Below are positions 52,138 to 62,624 of a stretch of DNA of 64,000 nt, piece after piece. Numbering within the stretch: the stretch's first letter is position 1; each line of letters starts with the position of its first letter. The stretch is from an uncultured Planctomycetota bacterium (lineage in GTDB: Bacteria; Planctomycetota; Planctomycetia; Pirellulales; Lacipirellulaceae). The translations under genes and the position numbers were made by a program. Under the pieces are notes generated by a model. The model ran no database searches, was not told the DNA's origin, and saw only the letters and a list, made by a program, of their open reading frames with translations. The DNA is taken from the NCBI GenBank assembly GCA_963719315.1, contig CAVRBU010000001.1, forward strand, positions 32,001 to 96,000, written 5' to 3'.

Positions 52138-53160
52138 TTACGTGGCATCGCTAATCGCTATACCGCGCGATTCAAGGAATTCGGGAAGCACCGTAGGTGA
52201 TGCGTGTCGGTCCGGTGGAACCAGGCCCCGGTGCTGAAAGCGACCTTTCACAATCGCAACCGTCGCCAAGACGGCCGGCGCGACCGCCGTCAAGAAGCTG
52301 TTTTCTGACGCCGTAATCGCGTACTTGGCGGTGTGGCCGTCCGAATCCTCGATCTCGTAGCCGATTCCACCCGCCGACGAACCAACCTTTTTCGCCAGCC
52401 AAGTCCCTAGCTGGACCTTCTGTTGCATCAGTTCGCGCAGCGGCTCGGAATGGGCCGCCATCTGCAGCAGCGAATTGACTCCGATCGTGTTCGTATCGAC
52501 CCACATCGCGACGTCGCGAAGCGATGGCCAGATTCGAGGCAGATTCACTGCATCGGCGCTTTCGAACAAGTGCCCAGTTATTTTTCCGACGGGCCGCGGC
52601 ATGGAAAACGGCCGCGTTTCGATCCATCCCACGCGCGTTTGCAAATGACCATCGGCCAGCACTCGCACGGGCCGGCCAACCGATCTCCACAGCGACATTG
52701 CCGACCCGACATTTGCCGTGTGCCGACTGGCCGGCGCCAGAAACGTGTCAACACGCGTCGGCAACTGAATTCCGCTATACCGCACCATTGCAGCCGACAC
52801 AGCCGACACGCTGCTCGCCGAACTCAGCACGCGAATCCCGGCCGCCGCGATGCGCGGTTTCAACGTTAATACCGATTCCGCGTAGCCCAAATCGTCGTTC
52901 AAATCGACGACGTCGAAACCAATCTCGATCGCCGCCTCAATGAGCGCGGTCGACCGCGCGTAGAACGGCCCGGCCGCGTCGAGGACGACATCGCCAGACC
53001 GCAACGCGGCATGGATCGAGTCGCCGTTATTGGCGTCGATCCGAAAATCGGCCGCGTCGCGTCGCGAGGCGGTAAGCGGCTGCATCCCGAATTGCCGCAG
53101 TTGTTCAACCGCCGTTTGGCCGAACAAGCCCAAGCCGCCGAGTACGATGACGCGTCTCAC
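52138..53160 (-). CDS. Saccharopine dehydrogenase-like NAD(P)-binding protein
   Basis: [24 protein letters not shown] start overlaps upstream TGA. Confidence 0.78.
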   Translation of the reverse strand: MRRVIVLGGLGLFGQTAVEQLRQFGMQPLTASRRDAADFRIDANNGDSIHAALRSGDVVLDAAGPFYARSTALIEAAIEIGFDVVDLNDDLGYAESVLTLKPRIAAAGIRVLSSASSVSAVSAAMVRYSGIQLPTRVDTFLAPASRHTANVGSAMSLWRSVGRPVRVLADGHLQTRVGWIETRPFSMPRPVGKITGHLFESADAVNLPRIWPSLRDVAMWVDTNTIGVNSLLQMAAHSEPLRELMQQKVQLGTWLAKKVGSSAGGIGYEIEDSDGHTAKYAITASENSFLTAVAPAVLATVAIVKGRFQHRGLVPPDRHASPTVLPEFLESRGIAISDAT

Positions 53161-54215
53161 GCCGGCCTCCAACGTGCGCCCATCCAGCCGATCCAAACAA
53201 GCAGCAGAGGGAATAGCACGGCGGTCGAAAAGACCATGCCCGGCACGTTATTCGCAATCGCAGCAAGGGTCATCGCCGCTCCGGCCAACCAGGTGACCCA
53301 CATTGCCCCTCGAATCCAACGGGGCAAATTCGGTGTGACGAGCGTCAGCAGCACGCCGCCGATCGTGTACAGCCCGTTCGCAGCGCCGGCACTTAGCAGC
53401 GTGAAGTCGCGCTCGACACATGTGAATCCAACTGCGTCCGCCGGCGCATGTTCGACCAGCCGAAGTATCGCCGAGCCCTCGCCGCTGAAATCGCAGACCA
53501 TTCCGAGAGCCGCGATCAGCACCGCAACCGTAGCACAGGCTGCTCGTGGGTGCCTTTGAAACGACTCGGGCGAGCCGCCCGTGGTACGTGTCACACCGCC
53601 TCCCCACCATGCATAAAAACCAACCAGACTCGCCGCCGCCGCCATCCACGTCGCCCACCCGATTGTCCATGCGGTTGTGTGACTGGCAACGTACTCTGCG
53701 CGAACGCCCGCATCGGCTTCCACGAGCGAGCCTGGTTGCAAGTAAATCACCAACATGCCGAGCGCCGCCGCGTGTGCGACTATGCATATCCACGGGGCCA
53801 ATGCCGCGAGCCGCCGCCCAAACCACGTCCCGCGAACCAGAAACAACCCGAACGGCAGCCACCAAATGAAATCGTTGAACACACAGAGCATGCCCATCCG
53901 CCGCGGCCACATGTCGCTGAACGACGTGGCCATTCCAATTGGCCCCAGCACCTTGCCCAACAGGCCGACCGCGATGACGGGCCACGCCCTCTCCAATTTC
54001 CACGCCGCGTGCCAATACAGCAGACCATACACGCCGACGACCATTCCTACGCACGCCCAAATGTTCAAATAACGCGGGGGAGCAATGTCGAGCAGCGCGA
54101 AGAACGCTTGCGGCCAAATCGCGGCCCACAAGCCGAATGCCAGGTTATAGATACCGGCCAACACAAACGCGATGCGAAACAACCGGTCGGCGAACGGGCC
54201 CGTCATGGGGACCAT
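53157..54215 (-). CDS. Multi-pass membrane protein
   Basis: AGIYNL, P.Y..IW.CVGMVVGVYG, WPVIAVGLLGKVLGPIG and further TM helices. Confidence 0.7.
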   Translation of the reverse strand: MVPMTGPFADRLFRIAFVLAGIYNLAFGLWAAIWPQAFFALLDIAPPRYLNIWACVGMVVGVYGLLYWHAAWKLERAWPVIAVGLLGKVLGPIGMATSFSDMWPRRMGMLCVFNDFIWWLPFGLFLVRGTWFGRRLAALAPWICIVAHAAALGMLVIYLQPGSLVEADAGVRAEYVASHTTAWTIGWATWMAAAASLVGFYAWWGGGVTRTTGGSPESFQRHPRAACATVAVLIAALGMVCDFSGEGSAILRLVEHAPADAVGFTCVERDFTLLSAGAANGLYTIGGVLLTLVTPNLPRWIRGAMWVTWLAGAAMTLAAIANNVPGMVFSTAVLFPLLLVWIGWMGARWRPA

Positions 54216-54299
54216 TGTTTCAGAACCGTAGCCGAAGTCGCAAGACTTTAGCCGACTCGCAGAACGCGGAATTCTTGCGAATTCCGCCACAAAATCGCC

Positions 54300-55259
54300 T
54301 TAAATCTGGAAGTTGGCCTTTGGGCCTATCGCAGCATCCATTTCGCTGCGCATCTTGAGCTTCGGCTTCTCGAGCACCACCGTCGTGTTCGGCGCAATAC
54401 TCTGCGTCAGCCACACGCTCGAACCCACCACCGCGTCGTGTCCCACGATCGTTGCGCCGCCCAGGATGGTCGCGTTCGCGTAAACGACCACACGATCTTC
54501 GAGCGTCGGGTGCCGCTTCGTGCCGCGTACCAGATTGCCCTCGCCATCGGTCTTGAAGCTCAGCGCGCCGAGCGTCACGCCTTGGTACAGCTTCACGTGC
54601 TGCCCGATCTCAGTCGTTTCGCCGATCACCACGCCCGTGCCGTGGTCGATGAAGAAGTGCGAATCAATCTTCGCGCCTGGGTGGATGTCGATGCCGGTCC
54701 TGGCATGGGCCCATTCGGTCATCATCCGCGGAATGAACGGGATGTCGAGCTCGTACAGCACGTGCGCCAGCCGATAGACGGTGATCGCTTCCAGGCCCGG
54801 GTAGCAAAAGATCACTTCGTCGATCGACTTGCAGGCCGGGTCGCCGTCGTAGGCCGCCTGCACGTCGGTAGCCAACATCTTGCGAACTTCCGGCAAGCGC
54901 TCCAAGAACAGCATCGTCTTGGCCTGGCCAAGCGCTTCGTAGTCATGGTCGGAGTCGCAATCATCGGTCGCCCCCGCTTCGTGCCGCAGCGCGCGGCCAA
55001 TCTGCTGCGTCAAGCGATCGTGCAATCGGTCCACCAGGTCGCCCACGTAGAATGCGACATTGCCGTGGTGCAATCGCTCCCGCCGGCGATAGCCTGGATA
55101 GATGATTTCCTTCAGATCATTCGTGGCCGCGATGATCTCGTCGTAGTTTGGCAGCGGGCAATGGCCCAGGTGATTGATCGAACCAACTTCATCGTACGTT
55201 TCGACGATGCGTTCCGTAAGTTTTGGGAGTTGGTCTTTGAGACGAAAATCGGTGGTCAT
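54300..55259 (-). CDS. cysE: Serine O-acetyltransferase (EpsC-type long CysE)
   Basis: [51 protein letters not shown]. Confidence 0.92.
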   Translation of the reverse strand: MTTDFRLKDQLPKLTERIVETYDEVGSINHLGHCPLPNYDEIIAATNDLKEIIYPGYRRRERLHHGNVAFYVGDLVDRLHDRLTQQIGRALRHEAGATDDCDSDHDYEALGQAKTMLFLERLPEVRKMLATDVQAAYDGDPACKSIDEVIFCYPGLEAITVYRLAHVLYELDIPFIPRMMTEWAHARTGIDIHPGAKIDSHFFIDHGTGVVIGETTEIGQHVKLYQGVTLGALSFKTDGEGNLVRGTKRHPTLEDRVVVYANATILGGATIVGHDAVVGSSVWLTQSIAPNTTVVLEKPKLKMRSEMDAAIGPKANFQI

Positions 55260-55664
55260 GGTCGGCGTGTGCTCCTCGCAGGCGATCGCTTCAAATTCGG
55301 GCGGTTGATTACCTGCGACAGACAATGTGCGGGGATCGCGAAAGTGTATCGAGGCGAGAGGGGAGATGGCCCAAAACGGGCGCAGCGCGGCGAGTGGTCC
55401 GGCGTCAGGCCGGACTCGTACAGATGCAGCAAAACGGCAGATGCTGGGTGAATCGATGCCACATGCTTATCATGGACGCAATTCTACGCCGCCTGGTTCA
55501 GCCCTTCAAACCGCTACATTCTGTCTCGGCAGGCTTCGGCTGGCCAATTGAAACAATCCGAAGGGCCCCATCCCGTCACCTCCGTGCTAGCTGGCAGCAG
55601 CCCGGTCGATTGAGACGCAACTTGAGTTCGATTAAAGAGTTCTGACGATCGGCCATGCTACATT

Positions 55665-56582
55665 CTAACGCCCCGCCGGCTCGATGTGCACGAGCGCGTC
55701 CATCACGTTGTAGCTCGAAGCCAGCAGCGCGTCCTTCACGCGGTGGGCAATCGAGTGACCTTCGCGGACCGACATGTCGCCGCTGACTTCGACGTGAATG
55801 TCCACCCACAGACCAATCCCGCTCTTGCGGACCCGGCACAGGTCGATGCCCGCGACGCCGTCCACGCGCCGCGCGATCTCGCGGATATCCTCGACGATTG
55901 CGTCGGCCGGCGAAACGTCCATGATCTCTCGCCAGGAGGTTCGCAGCAGTTGCAGGCCGTTGAACGCGATCACCGCCGCCGCGAACAGGGCTGCCCAATC
56001 ATCGGCCGGCTCGTAGCCGGCGCCGCCGACGAGCGCGATGGAAATTCCCACGAACGCCGCCAGCGACGTCAGCGAATCGCTGCGGTGGTGCCAGGCGTCT
56101 GTTCGCATCGCGCTACTGTCGATCAATTCGCCCTTGCGCAGCAGAAAGCGGAACAGCAATTCTTTGACGATGACCACTAACACCAGCACGACGAGCGTAA
56201 ACGGCGCCGGCGCATGACGCGGCTTGTGAATCTCGCGCACGCTCTGGATGGCGATGCCGGCCGCCGTGGCCAGCAGGCCGACCGCAATCGCCAGCGCCGC
56301 CGCGGGCTCGATCTTGCCGTAACCAAACGGATGCCGTTCATCCGGCGGCTGAACGGCGATCTTGAGACTGCCGGCAACGACTAATCCGCTCACCACGTCG
56401 AGCATCGACTCGACGCCATCGGCGATCAACGCGTACGAGTTCCCGAGGATGCCGGTAATGGTCTTGAGCGCGCCCAACACGACGCTTACCAGCACGCCGC
56501 CCAGGCTCGCGCGAATTCCCGTCGCGGCCGATTGGTCGAGCTTGTGGCGAGCGACATCGATCTGGCTGCGAAGCTGCGACAT
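55665..56582 (-). CDS. Cation diffusion facilitator transporter (FieF-like)
   Basis: SYALIADGVES, PPDERHPFGYGKIE, DAWHHRSD, EGHSIAH, VHIEP. Confidence 0.92.
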   Translation of the reverse strand: MSQLRSQIDVARHKLDQSAATGIRASLGGVLVSVVLGALKTITGILGNSYALIADGVESMLDVVSGLVVAGSLKIAVQPPDERHPFGYGKIEPAAALAIAVGLLATAAGIAIQSVREIHKPRHAPAPFTLVVLVLVVIVKELLFRFLLRKGELIDSSAMRTDAWHHRSDSLTSLAAFVGISIALVGGAGYEPADDWAALFAAAVIAFNGLQLLRTSWREIMDVSPADAIVEDIREIARRVDGVAGIDLCRVRKSGIGLWVDIHVEVSGDMSVREGHSIAHRVKDALLASSYNVMDALVHIEPAGR

Positions 56583-56637
56583 GAAGTTGGCGAGGATACG
56601 ATGAAATGAGCTGGAGGCAACAAGCGTCTAACAATTT

Positions 56638-56718
56638 GAACCGCCAAGTCGCCAAGGACGCCAAGGAATGCACGGAATAGCATTCTCTTTCTTGGCGTCC
56701 TTGGCGACTTGGCGGTTT
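56638..56718. repeat. AACCGCCAAG-family inverted pair (possible terminator role)
   Basis: aaccgccaagtcgccaaggacgccaag / cttggcgtccttggcgacttggcggtt perfect arms. Confidence 0.8.
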
Positions 56719-56808
56719 AATTCATTGTGTTAGAAGTTCCAAGTAGGAATGGATTGTCGTTTCGTACCTACTCACTTACTCGCCTCCGGACAGACTCACC
56801 CTGCGTTT

Positions 56809-58899
56809 CTATTCTTCCTCTTCCTTCACCTTCGCCTTGGCAATGATCTGTTGCTGCACGTTCGGCGGCACTACGTCGTAATGCGAAAACTCCATCGTGT
56901 AGCTCCCCTGGCCGCCCGTCATCGACGAGAGCGTGCGGGCATAAGTCATCACTTCCGACAACGGACAAGTCGCTTCGACCGTCGTCATGCCCCCGCCGGC
57001 CGAGTCCATGCCGACCATTTGCCCCCGCCGGCCCGAAAGGTCGCTTGACACATCGCCCACCTTGTCGACCGGCACCGTGATCGCGAGCTTCACGATTGGC
57101 TCCAACAAACTCGGCCGCGCTTCGCGAAACACGTTCGCAAAAGCCTGTCGGCCGGCGATCCGAAATGCCGTCTCGTTCGAGTCCACCGGATGGTCCTTGC
57201 CGAAGTGCACCTCGACGCAAATGTTCTGCACAGGGTAGCCGGCCACCACGCCGGAGCTGATTTTCTCCAAAAAACCTTTCTCGATCGCGGGCATGAAGTT
57301 GCCCGGGATCGTGCCGCCCACCACCGTATCGACCCACAGGAAATTATATTGGGCGTGATAATGCGTGTTCTTCAGGTGCGGAAAGCGATCCTTGGTCGTG
57401 AAATCCTCCGGTTTCGTGCCCTCCGGGAAGGGGTACATGCGAATATGCACTTCGCCGAACTGTCCCGAGCCGCCGGATTGCTTCTTGTGCCGGTAACTGC
57501 CCTCGGCGTTGCTTTGAATCGTCTCGCGATACGGAATCTTGGGCTCGTGCGTTTCGACTTCCACCTTGTCGCGCCGCTTAAGCCGTTCGCGGAGCAATAG
57601 CAAGTGCAACTCGCTCATTCCCGTGAGCACCATCTCCTTCGTTTCCTGATCGTGCTCGACGTGTACCGTCCGATCTTCTTCCGTGATCTTGTGCAGCGCC
57701 CCCGAGAGCTTCGTTTCATCGCCGCGCGTCTTCGGCGCCACGGCCAGCCCGACCATCGGTCGCGGAAACTTGATCGGCGGCAATTCGACCTCGCCCAGCG
57801 AGGTGCCGGTGTGCAAATCTTCCGTCTTCGCTACGGCCACGATCTCGCCGGCCGTCGCCTGCTCGAGCGGCTGCGTTTTCTCGCCCTGCACCGCAAGCAG
57901 CGGTCCGATTTTGATCCCCTTCCGCGATCCGGGCGACGGCAGCGTGCTATCTTTCTTCATCGTTCCCGAATACACGCGAATGTAGCTTAGTCGTTGCACG
58001 AACGGATCGACCCGCGTTTTGAACACCTGAGCCGCTAATGGCGCCGACGGGTCGCACTTGAGCGTCACATCGTCGCCCTCCTTCATCGCCGTTCGCGGCA
58101 CCGCGGTCGGCGGCAGCGATGCCTCCAGCAACACGGCGAGTAGCTCGTCGATTCCGACTCCCAGCTTCGTTGAAACGCAAACGACCGGCGTCAGCGTGCC
58201 CTGCCGCACCGCCTCGCCGCACAACCGCTCCAAATCGGCCTGCGACGGCATTTCGCCTTCGAGATACCGCTCCATGGCCGCTTCATCGGCTTCAACGATC
58301 GTTTCAACGGCTGCCTCGTTGAGTGTCGCCGGGTCGATCAGCGCGCCCTTCGTGTCCTTCGGCACGTTCAGCGTGCTCACGACGCCCTTCAAATCGTGCC
58401 CCTGGCCGATCGGCACGTTAAACAGCACACACTGCGTGCCGAATACATCGCGAATCGAATCGACGAGCGCCGCGAAATCAATATTGTCCGTATCCATCTT
58501 GGTGATGCACAGGATTCGCCCCAGCCCAGCGTCGCCGGCTTCCTGCCAGACCCGCCGCGTATTCACCTTGATGCCGGCGTGTGCGTCGATCGCGATGAGC
58601 GCCGTCTCCACGGCCCGCAGGGCGCCAATCGTTTGCCCGATCAGGTCTGGGTAACCGGGCGTGTCGATCACGTTGAACCGTTTGCCGGCATGATCGAAAT
58701 GAACGACCGACGCCTCGATCGAATGTTTGTGGTGCTTTTCCTCTTCGTCGAAGTCGCAGATGCTCGTGCCGTTATCGACGCTCGGCTGCCCGCTCACGGC
58801 CCCCGTCTTCACCAGCAAATGGTCCACCAGTGTTGTCTTGCCGGAAGAACCGTGCCCGCATACAGCGATGTTGCGAATGTCCTCAACGTTTTTCGCCAT
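56809..58899 (-). CDS. fusA: Elongation factor G paralog (EF-G2)
   Basis: IRNIAVCGHGSSGKTT, DTPG, TKMD, GMSELHL, IPYRETI, KKQSGGSGQFG, LLEPI; lacks canonical RGITI. Confidence 0.9.
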   Translation of the reverse strand: MAKNVEDIRNIAVCGHGSSGKTTLVDHLLVKTGAVSGQPSVDNGTSICDFDEEEKHHKHSIEASVVHFDHAGKRFNVIDTPGYPDLIGQTIGALRAVETALIAIDAHAGIKVNTRRVWQEAGDAGLGRILCITKMDTDNIDFAALVDSIRDVFGTQCVLFNVPIGQGHDLKGVVSTLNVPKDTKGALIDPATLNEAAVETIVEADEAAMERYLEGEMPSQADLERLCGEAVRQGTLTPVVCVSTKLGVGIDELLAVLLEASLPPTAVPRTAMKEGDDVTLKCDPSAPLAAQVFKTRVDPFVQRLSYIRVYSGTMKKDSTLPSPGSRKGIKIGPLLAVQGEKTQPLEQATAGEIVAVAKTEDLHTGTSLGEVELPPIKFPRPMVGLAVAPKTRGDETKLSGALHKITEEDRTVHVEHDQETKEMVLTGMSELHLLLLRERLKRRDKVEVETHEPKIPYRETIQSNAEGSYRHKKQSGGSGQFGEVHIRMYPFPEGTKPEDFTTKDRFPHLKNTHYHAQYNFLWVDTVVGGTIPGNFMPAIEKGFLEKISSGVVAGYPVQNICVEVHFGKDHPVDSNETAFRIAGRQAFANVFREARPSLLEPIVKLAITVPVDKVGDVSSDLSGRRGQMVGMDSAGGGMTTVEATCPLSEVMTYARTLSSMTGGQGSYTMEFSHYDVVPPNVQQQIIAKAKVKEEEE

Positions 58900-58923
58900 G
58901 ATGATTCCGCTCTTGTAGCTCTT

Positions 58924-58995
58924 GTAGGGTGTGTCGAGTCTTCGAGACACACCAATAATTCGGATGGTGTGTCTCGCAGACTCGACACACCCTAC
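58924..58995. repeat. GTAG-type REP doublet (family C)
   Basis: 31-bp arms gtagggtgtgtcgagtct(t/g)cgagacacacca, 1 mismatch. Confidence 0.8.
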
Positions 58996-59006
58996 GTTAT
59001 TACGTT

Positions 59007-59738
59007 TTATATTGATCCATTCCCACTCTTTGCGGCCAGCAGGGCATCAGGTAGCGTCAGTGTGCCTTCATAGAGCGCCCGACCGATGATGCACCCGGCC
59101 AATCCCGCCGCCGCCAGCCGCGCAACGTCGTCGATCGTCGTCACGCCGCCCGACGCAACGACGGGCATATCGACCGCCGCCTGCATCTCGGCCATCGCCG
59201 CGATGTTCGGCCCGCGCATCATGCCGTCCGTGGCGATGTCGGTATAAATGATGGCCGCCAGCGGCTCGGTCGCGAACTGGCGGGCCAGGTCGATCGCCGT
59301 CACGTCGCTCGTGTTGAGCCAGCCATCGGTCGCTGCCCACCCATCCCGAGCGTCGATGCCCAGAACCAGTCGGCCCGGATACTGTCGGCACGCCGCGCGA
59401 AACCATTCCGGATCAGTCAGGGCCGACGTGCCGATGACCAACCGCGTCAGCCCGAAGTCGAACAACTCGCGGACCGATTGCTCATCGCGGATGCCGCCCC
59501 CCAGCTCACTCTCGATTTCGACGGCTGCCAGGATCTCTTGCACTCCCGGCAGATTGACGGGCAACCCCTCGCGAGCGCCTTCCAGATCGACGATATGCAA
59601 ATGCTCGGCGCCCTGCTCAACAAACTGCCGCGCCACGGCCGCTGGGCTCTGGGCGAACACCGTTTCCTGGTCGTAATCGCCTTGCCGCAGCCGGACACAC
59701 TTGCCGCCTCGCAGATCAATGGCTGGCCAGACTTGCAT
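59007..59738 (-). CDS. hisA: ProFAR isomerase
   Basis: PAIDLRGGKCVRLRQGDY, LHIVDL, GGGIR, YTDIATDG, ASGG, GRALY. Confidence 0.97.
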   Translation of the reverse strand: MQVWPAIDLRGGKCVRLRQGDYDQETVFAQSPAAVARQFVEQGAEHLHIVDLEGAREGLPVNLPGVQEILAAVEIESELGGGIRDEQSVRELFDFGLTRLVIGTSALTDPEWFRAACRQYPGRLVLGIDARDGWAATDGWLNTSDVTAIDLARQFATEPLAAIIYTDIATDGMMRGPNIAAMAEMQAAVDMPVVASGGVTTIDDVARLAAAGLAGCIIGRALYEGTLTLPDALLAAKSGNGSI

Positions 59739-59995
59739 GGGGAATCGTTCCGATGTCGGCGCCGTTCAATTCGGCCTGCTGGAAGAGTGCGGAAACACAA
59801 AATATGGCACACGCGCGGGCCATTATCAAGGGGCGGATCGCGGACCGCGCCCGCCTTAAGTTGCGTGGTGAATCCGACTTACGCCGCTATCGAAGAAGAA
59901 TGCGGGATGACGGATGCGGGTTGCGGGGGAAGAATATCGCAGTCTGCAACAGTCTTACGCTTTCCCCATATCACGCATCCTCAATTCTTGCCTCC

Positions 59996-60604
59996 TCAGC
60001 CCAATTCCGCAAAGTTCTTCAGTAACCGCAGCCCCGCTGCCTGGCTCTTCTCCGGATGAAACTGCACGGCGAACAGATGCTCGCGCCACACGCTCGAACA
60101 AAACGGCTGCGCGTATTCGGTCTCTGTGGCGATCACGGAATTGTCGCGCGGCACGACATAGTACGAGTGTACGAAATAGAAATGCTCGCCATCGTCGATC
60201 CCCTCGAAAATGGGCGGCCGCTTCCGGAACTGAACCTGGTTCCAGCCCATGTGCGGCACCTTGAACTCGGCCGGCACCTTGAACCGCACCACCTCGCCCG
60301 GCACGATGCCCAGCCCTTCGTGCTCGCCGTCCTCGTAACCTTTATCGAACAGCAACTGCAACCCCAAGCAGATCCCCAAGAACGGCTTGCTAACCTCGAT
60401 CGCCGCCCGAATCGGCGCAACGAGCTTCCGCGCGCGCAATGCCGCAATCGCATCGCGAAACGCCCCGACGCCCGGCAGCACGATCTTCTCTGCGTCCGCC
60501 AACACGGCCGGGTCGCTCGTAATCACCGCCGCATGCCCGACCCGCTCTAGCGCTTTTTGCACGCTCCGCAGATTCCCCATCTCGTAGTCGATAATCGCAA
60601 TCAT
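59996..60604 (-). CDS. hisH: Imidazole glycerol phosphate synthase, glutaminase subunit
   Basis: [42 protein letters not shown]. Confidence 0.97.
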   Translation of the reverse strand: MIAIIDYEMGNLRSVQKALERVGHAAVITSDPAVLADAEKIVLPGVGAFRDAIAALRARKLVAPIRAAIEVSKPFLGICLGLQLLFDKGYEDGEHEGLGIVPGEVVRFKVPAEFKVPHMGWNQVQFRKRPPIFEGIDDGEHFYFVHSYYVVPRDNSVIATETEYAQPFCSSVWREHLFAVQFHPEKSQAAGLRLLKNFAELG

Positions 60605-60820
60605 GGAAGCTACTTACGAAGCGGTCGTGTGGAAAGCGATCCCATTCCTACAAACACCAGCTTTCGATTCTTCAATGAGGGTGCCACAGGCTCCGCCAGT
60701 GCTTCTCTGTGGCCGCCTGCTTGCCGGTTCTTGGCCGCACCAGATCGTAGACGCCCGCGCACAACAAAACGTTCGCGCAGACCGCTATTTTACCTTAGAA
60801 ACGCGCCGTCGTCAGCCGAC

Positions 60821-61675
60821 TCAGCGCTGCATCGTCTCGGGATAAATCACCACTTCCACGCGGCGATTCCTGGCCCGACCTGCTTCCGTGCCATTCGAGA
60901 CGACCGGGTGACTTCCGCCGTGAGCCACCACGAAGAGTTGCCGGGTCGGCATTCCGCCCTGACGGGTCAATGCATCGTAGACGGCCATCGATTGGGCCAC
61001 CGCCAGGTGCTGGTCGGTCGGATACTGCGGCGATGTCATCGGGCTGCCGTCCGTGTGCCCTTCGATGCCGATCAACTGTTGCGGATAATTCTGTGTGAGA
61101 TCGGCCGCAACCGTCTTCAATAACCCCTCCGCCCCCGGTTTGAGCTGCGCCGTTCCGTAGTTAAACAATTGATCGCCCGGCAACTCGATCCGGATGACGT
61201 CGCCATCCTGCCGAACATTGATGCCCGGCATGTTCGTTACCGTGAGACTTCGCAACAGTGTGTTGTTGGCGCGAATCTCGGCGGAATTGTGCAACTGCAC
61301 GCTCGCGGCCATCGCCGATGTGCGACCGCGGAGCTGGTCATTGTCGGTTTGCATCGCGACCAGCCGATCGGTCGTGTCCTTCAATTGCATCTGCGTCGCT
61401 TGAACCTGCTGTTCAAGCACCTGCGTTTGCTGACGGGTTTGGGCCAGCATCGACTGCAAATCTTGATTGTCGTGGTCCAGCGTGGCCGCCCGCTGCTGAT
61501 ACTGCTGCGTTTGTTGCGCCAACGCCGTCTGTTGCTGCGGCGAAAGCGTCACCGGCGCCGCCTGCGCCTGCCCATAGGGCGACACCGGGTATTGATTGCA
61601 ACCGCCCAGCAACAGCGTTGCGAGACCGAAAGCAATCGCGCATGTAGTGGGGCGGACGGCTGAGAACACGGCCAC
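60821..61675 (-). CDS. OmpA/MotB C-terminal domain lipoprotein with coiled coil
   Basis: LLGGC lipobox, Gln-rich coil, LF..G.A.L, IEGHTD, NRRVE; start approximate (GTG). Confidence 0.85.
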   Translation of the reverse strand: MAVFSAVRPTTCAIAFGLATLLLGGCNQYPVSPYGQAQAAPVTLSPQQQTALAQQTQQYQQRAATLDHDNQDLQSMLAQTRQQTQVLEQQVQATQMQLKDTTDRLVAMQTDNDQLRGRTSAMAASVQLHNSAEIRANNTLLRSLTVTNMPGINVRQDGDVIRIELPGDQLFNYGTAQLKPGAEGLLKTVAADLTQNYPQQLIGIEGHTDGSPMTSPQYPTDQHLAVAQSMAVYDALTRQGGMPTRQLFVVAHGGSHPVVSNGTEAGRARNRRVEVVIYPETMQR

Positions 61676-61778
61676 GGAATCCTGTCGCGGCGAATCGGGT
61701 CGGTAAAGAGCGGCGAAGATTACCAACTGGTAGCAACCCCGACAACCCCGCTCCCCCACTGTGCCTGCCGCTTGCGGC

Positions 61779-62276
61779 TTAGCTAGCACCACCAATTAGT
61801 TGCCGGGCGCTGGGATAGACCCCATAAAACCGCCGAATGAAATTTCGATGCCACCGCTGCGGCTTATGCTGCTCCCAACCCAACCGCGCCATCACCCGAT
61901 CCGAAAGCCGCATGTTCGCCGCATCGCAAACAATCGCATCGATCTGCTTCAACTCCGCGATTGCGTCCAACGTCGTGAGCGCCGCCCGAAACGTGCGATA
62001 GCTGGTTCCGCCCGTCGTCACGATGTATTTGAGCGCCAAGAAATTCGGCATTCGTCGCGGCTGGTTGTAATAAAGCAGGCAGCGGTCAGCCGCCCCGCGT
62101 CGGTGATACCGCGGCCCGAGCGGCATGAGTTCTGGCATAGCCAACAGCTTTGGCCACTTTCGCAACCCAAGGGTCCTCAATTCCCCATTCGCCGTTTCAA
62201 TGACGCCGTACCGCGCTGCGCGAATACGCTCGCGTCCTGCATCGAAATCGCAAATGGTTTCTATCTGCCAGCACAT
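61779..62276 (-). CDS. Hypothetical protein
   Basis: Protein-like ORF (LYYNQP...FLALKY, DAIVC...RLSDR..RLGWE); start ATG 62276 inferred. Confidence 0.65.
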   Translation of the reverse strand: MCWQIETICDFDAGRERIRAARYGVIETANGELRTLGLRKWPKLLAMPELMPLGPRYHRRGAADRCLLYYNQPRRMPNFLALKYIVTTGGTSYRTFRAALTTLDAIAELKQIDAIVCDAANMRLSDRVMARLGWEQHKPQRWHRNFIRRFYGVYPSARQLIGGAS

Positions 62277-62624
62277 AAAGGTTCGCCATCCACCGCTGCC
62301 TAAAGATAGCTTGCAGTTAGGCCGCATATCGGGAGTCCCAACAAAAACGCCCGGAAAAACCGATGGCAACCAACCGCAAACGCCAGCAATGTTGGGAAGG
62401 CGGCACCCAGAATCGCTTTCGGCGCTCGGCTAAAGCCCCTGTGCCGTTTGCGCCGATATCGACAGAGCGCTGCGACCGAAAGCCAGGATGTCATGAGATT
62501 TGTCTCTGCCGCCGCGTGCCGCACACTTATCTGAGTCGCCAGCCGACCGCATATTCTGCCGAAGTAACGCCGACGGGAATGCAAATTGTTCCCCCTCTCT
62601 CTATTCTGCCGCGCGGGAAGTCCC

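Larger units (their letters stand above)
49726..52154 (+). pseudogene. Serpin with signal peptide and C-terminal PEP-CTERM, interrupted by an IS5 element
   Basis: NVLVSPFSISAAL, INGWVEDQT..KI, NAMYFKGSW, FPKF | IS | [33 protein letters not shown]; reading FKL-STT is restored on removing the IS; extra shift ~51930. Confidence 0.88.

Noticed and set aside
55330..55660. SAM or other riboswitch upstream of cysE
   Set aside because: No recognisable consensus by eye; an Rfam scan would be decisive
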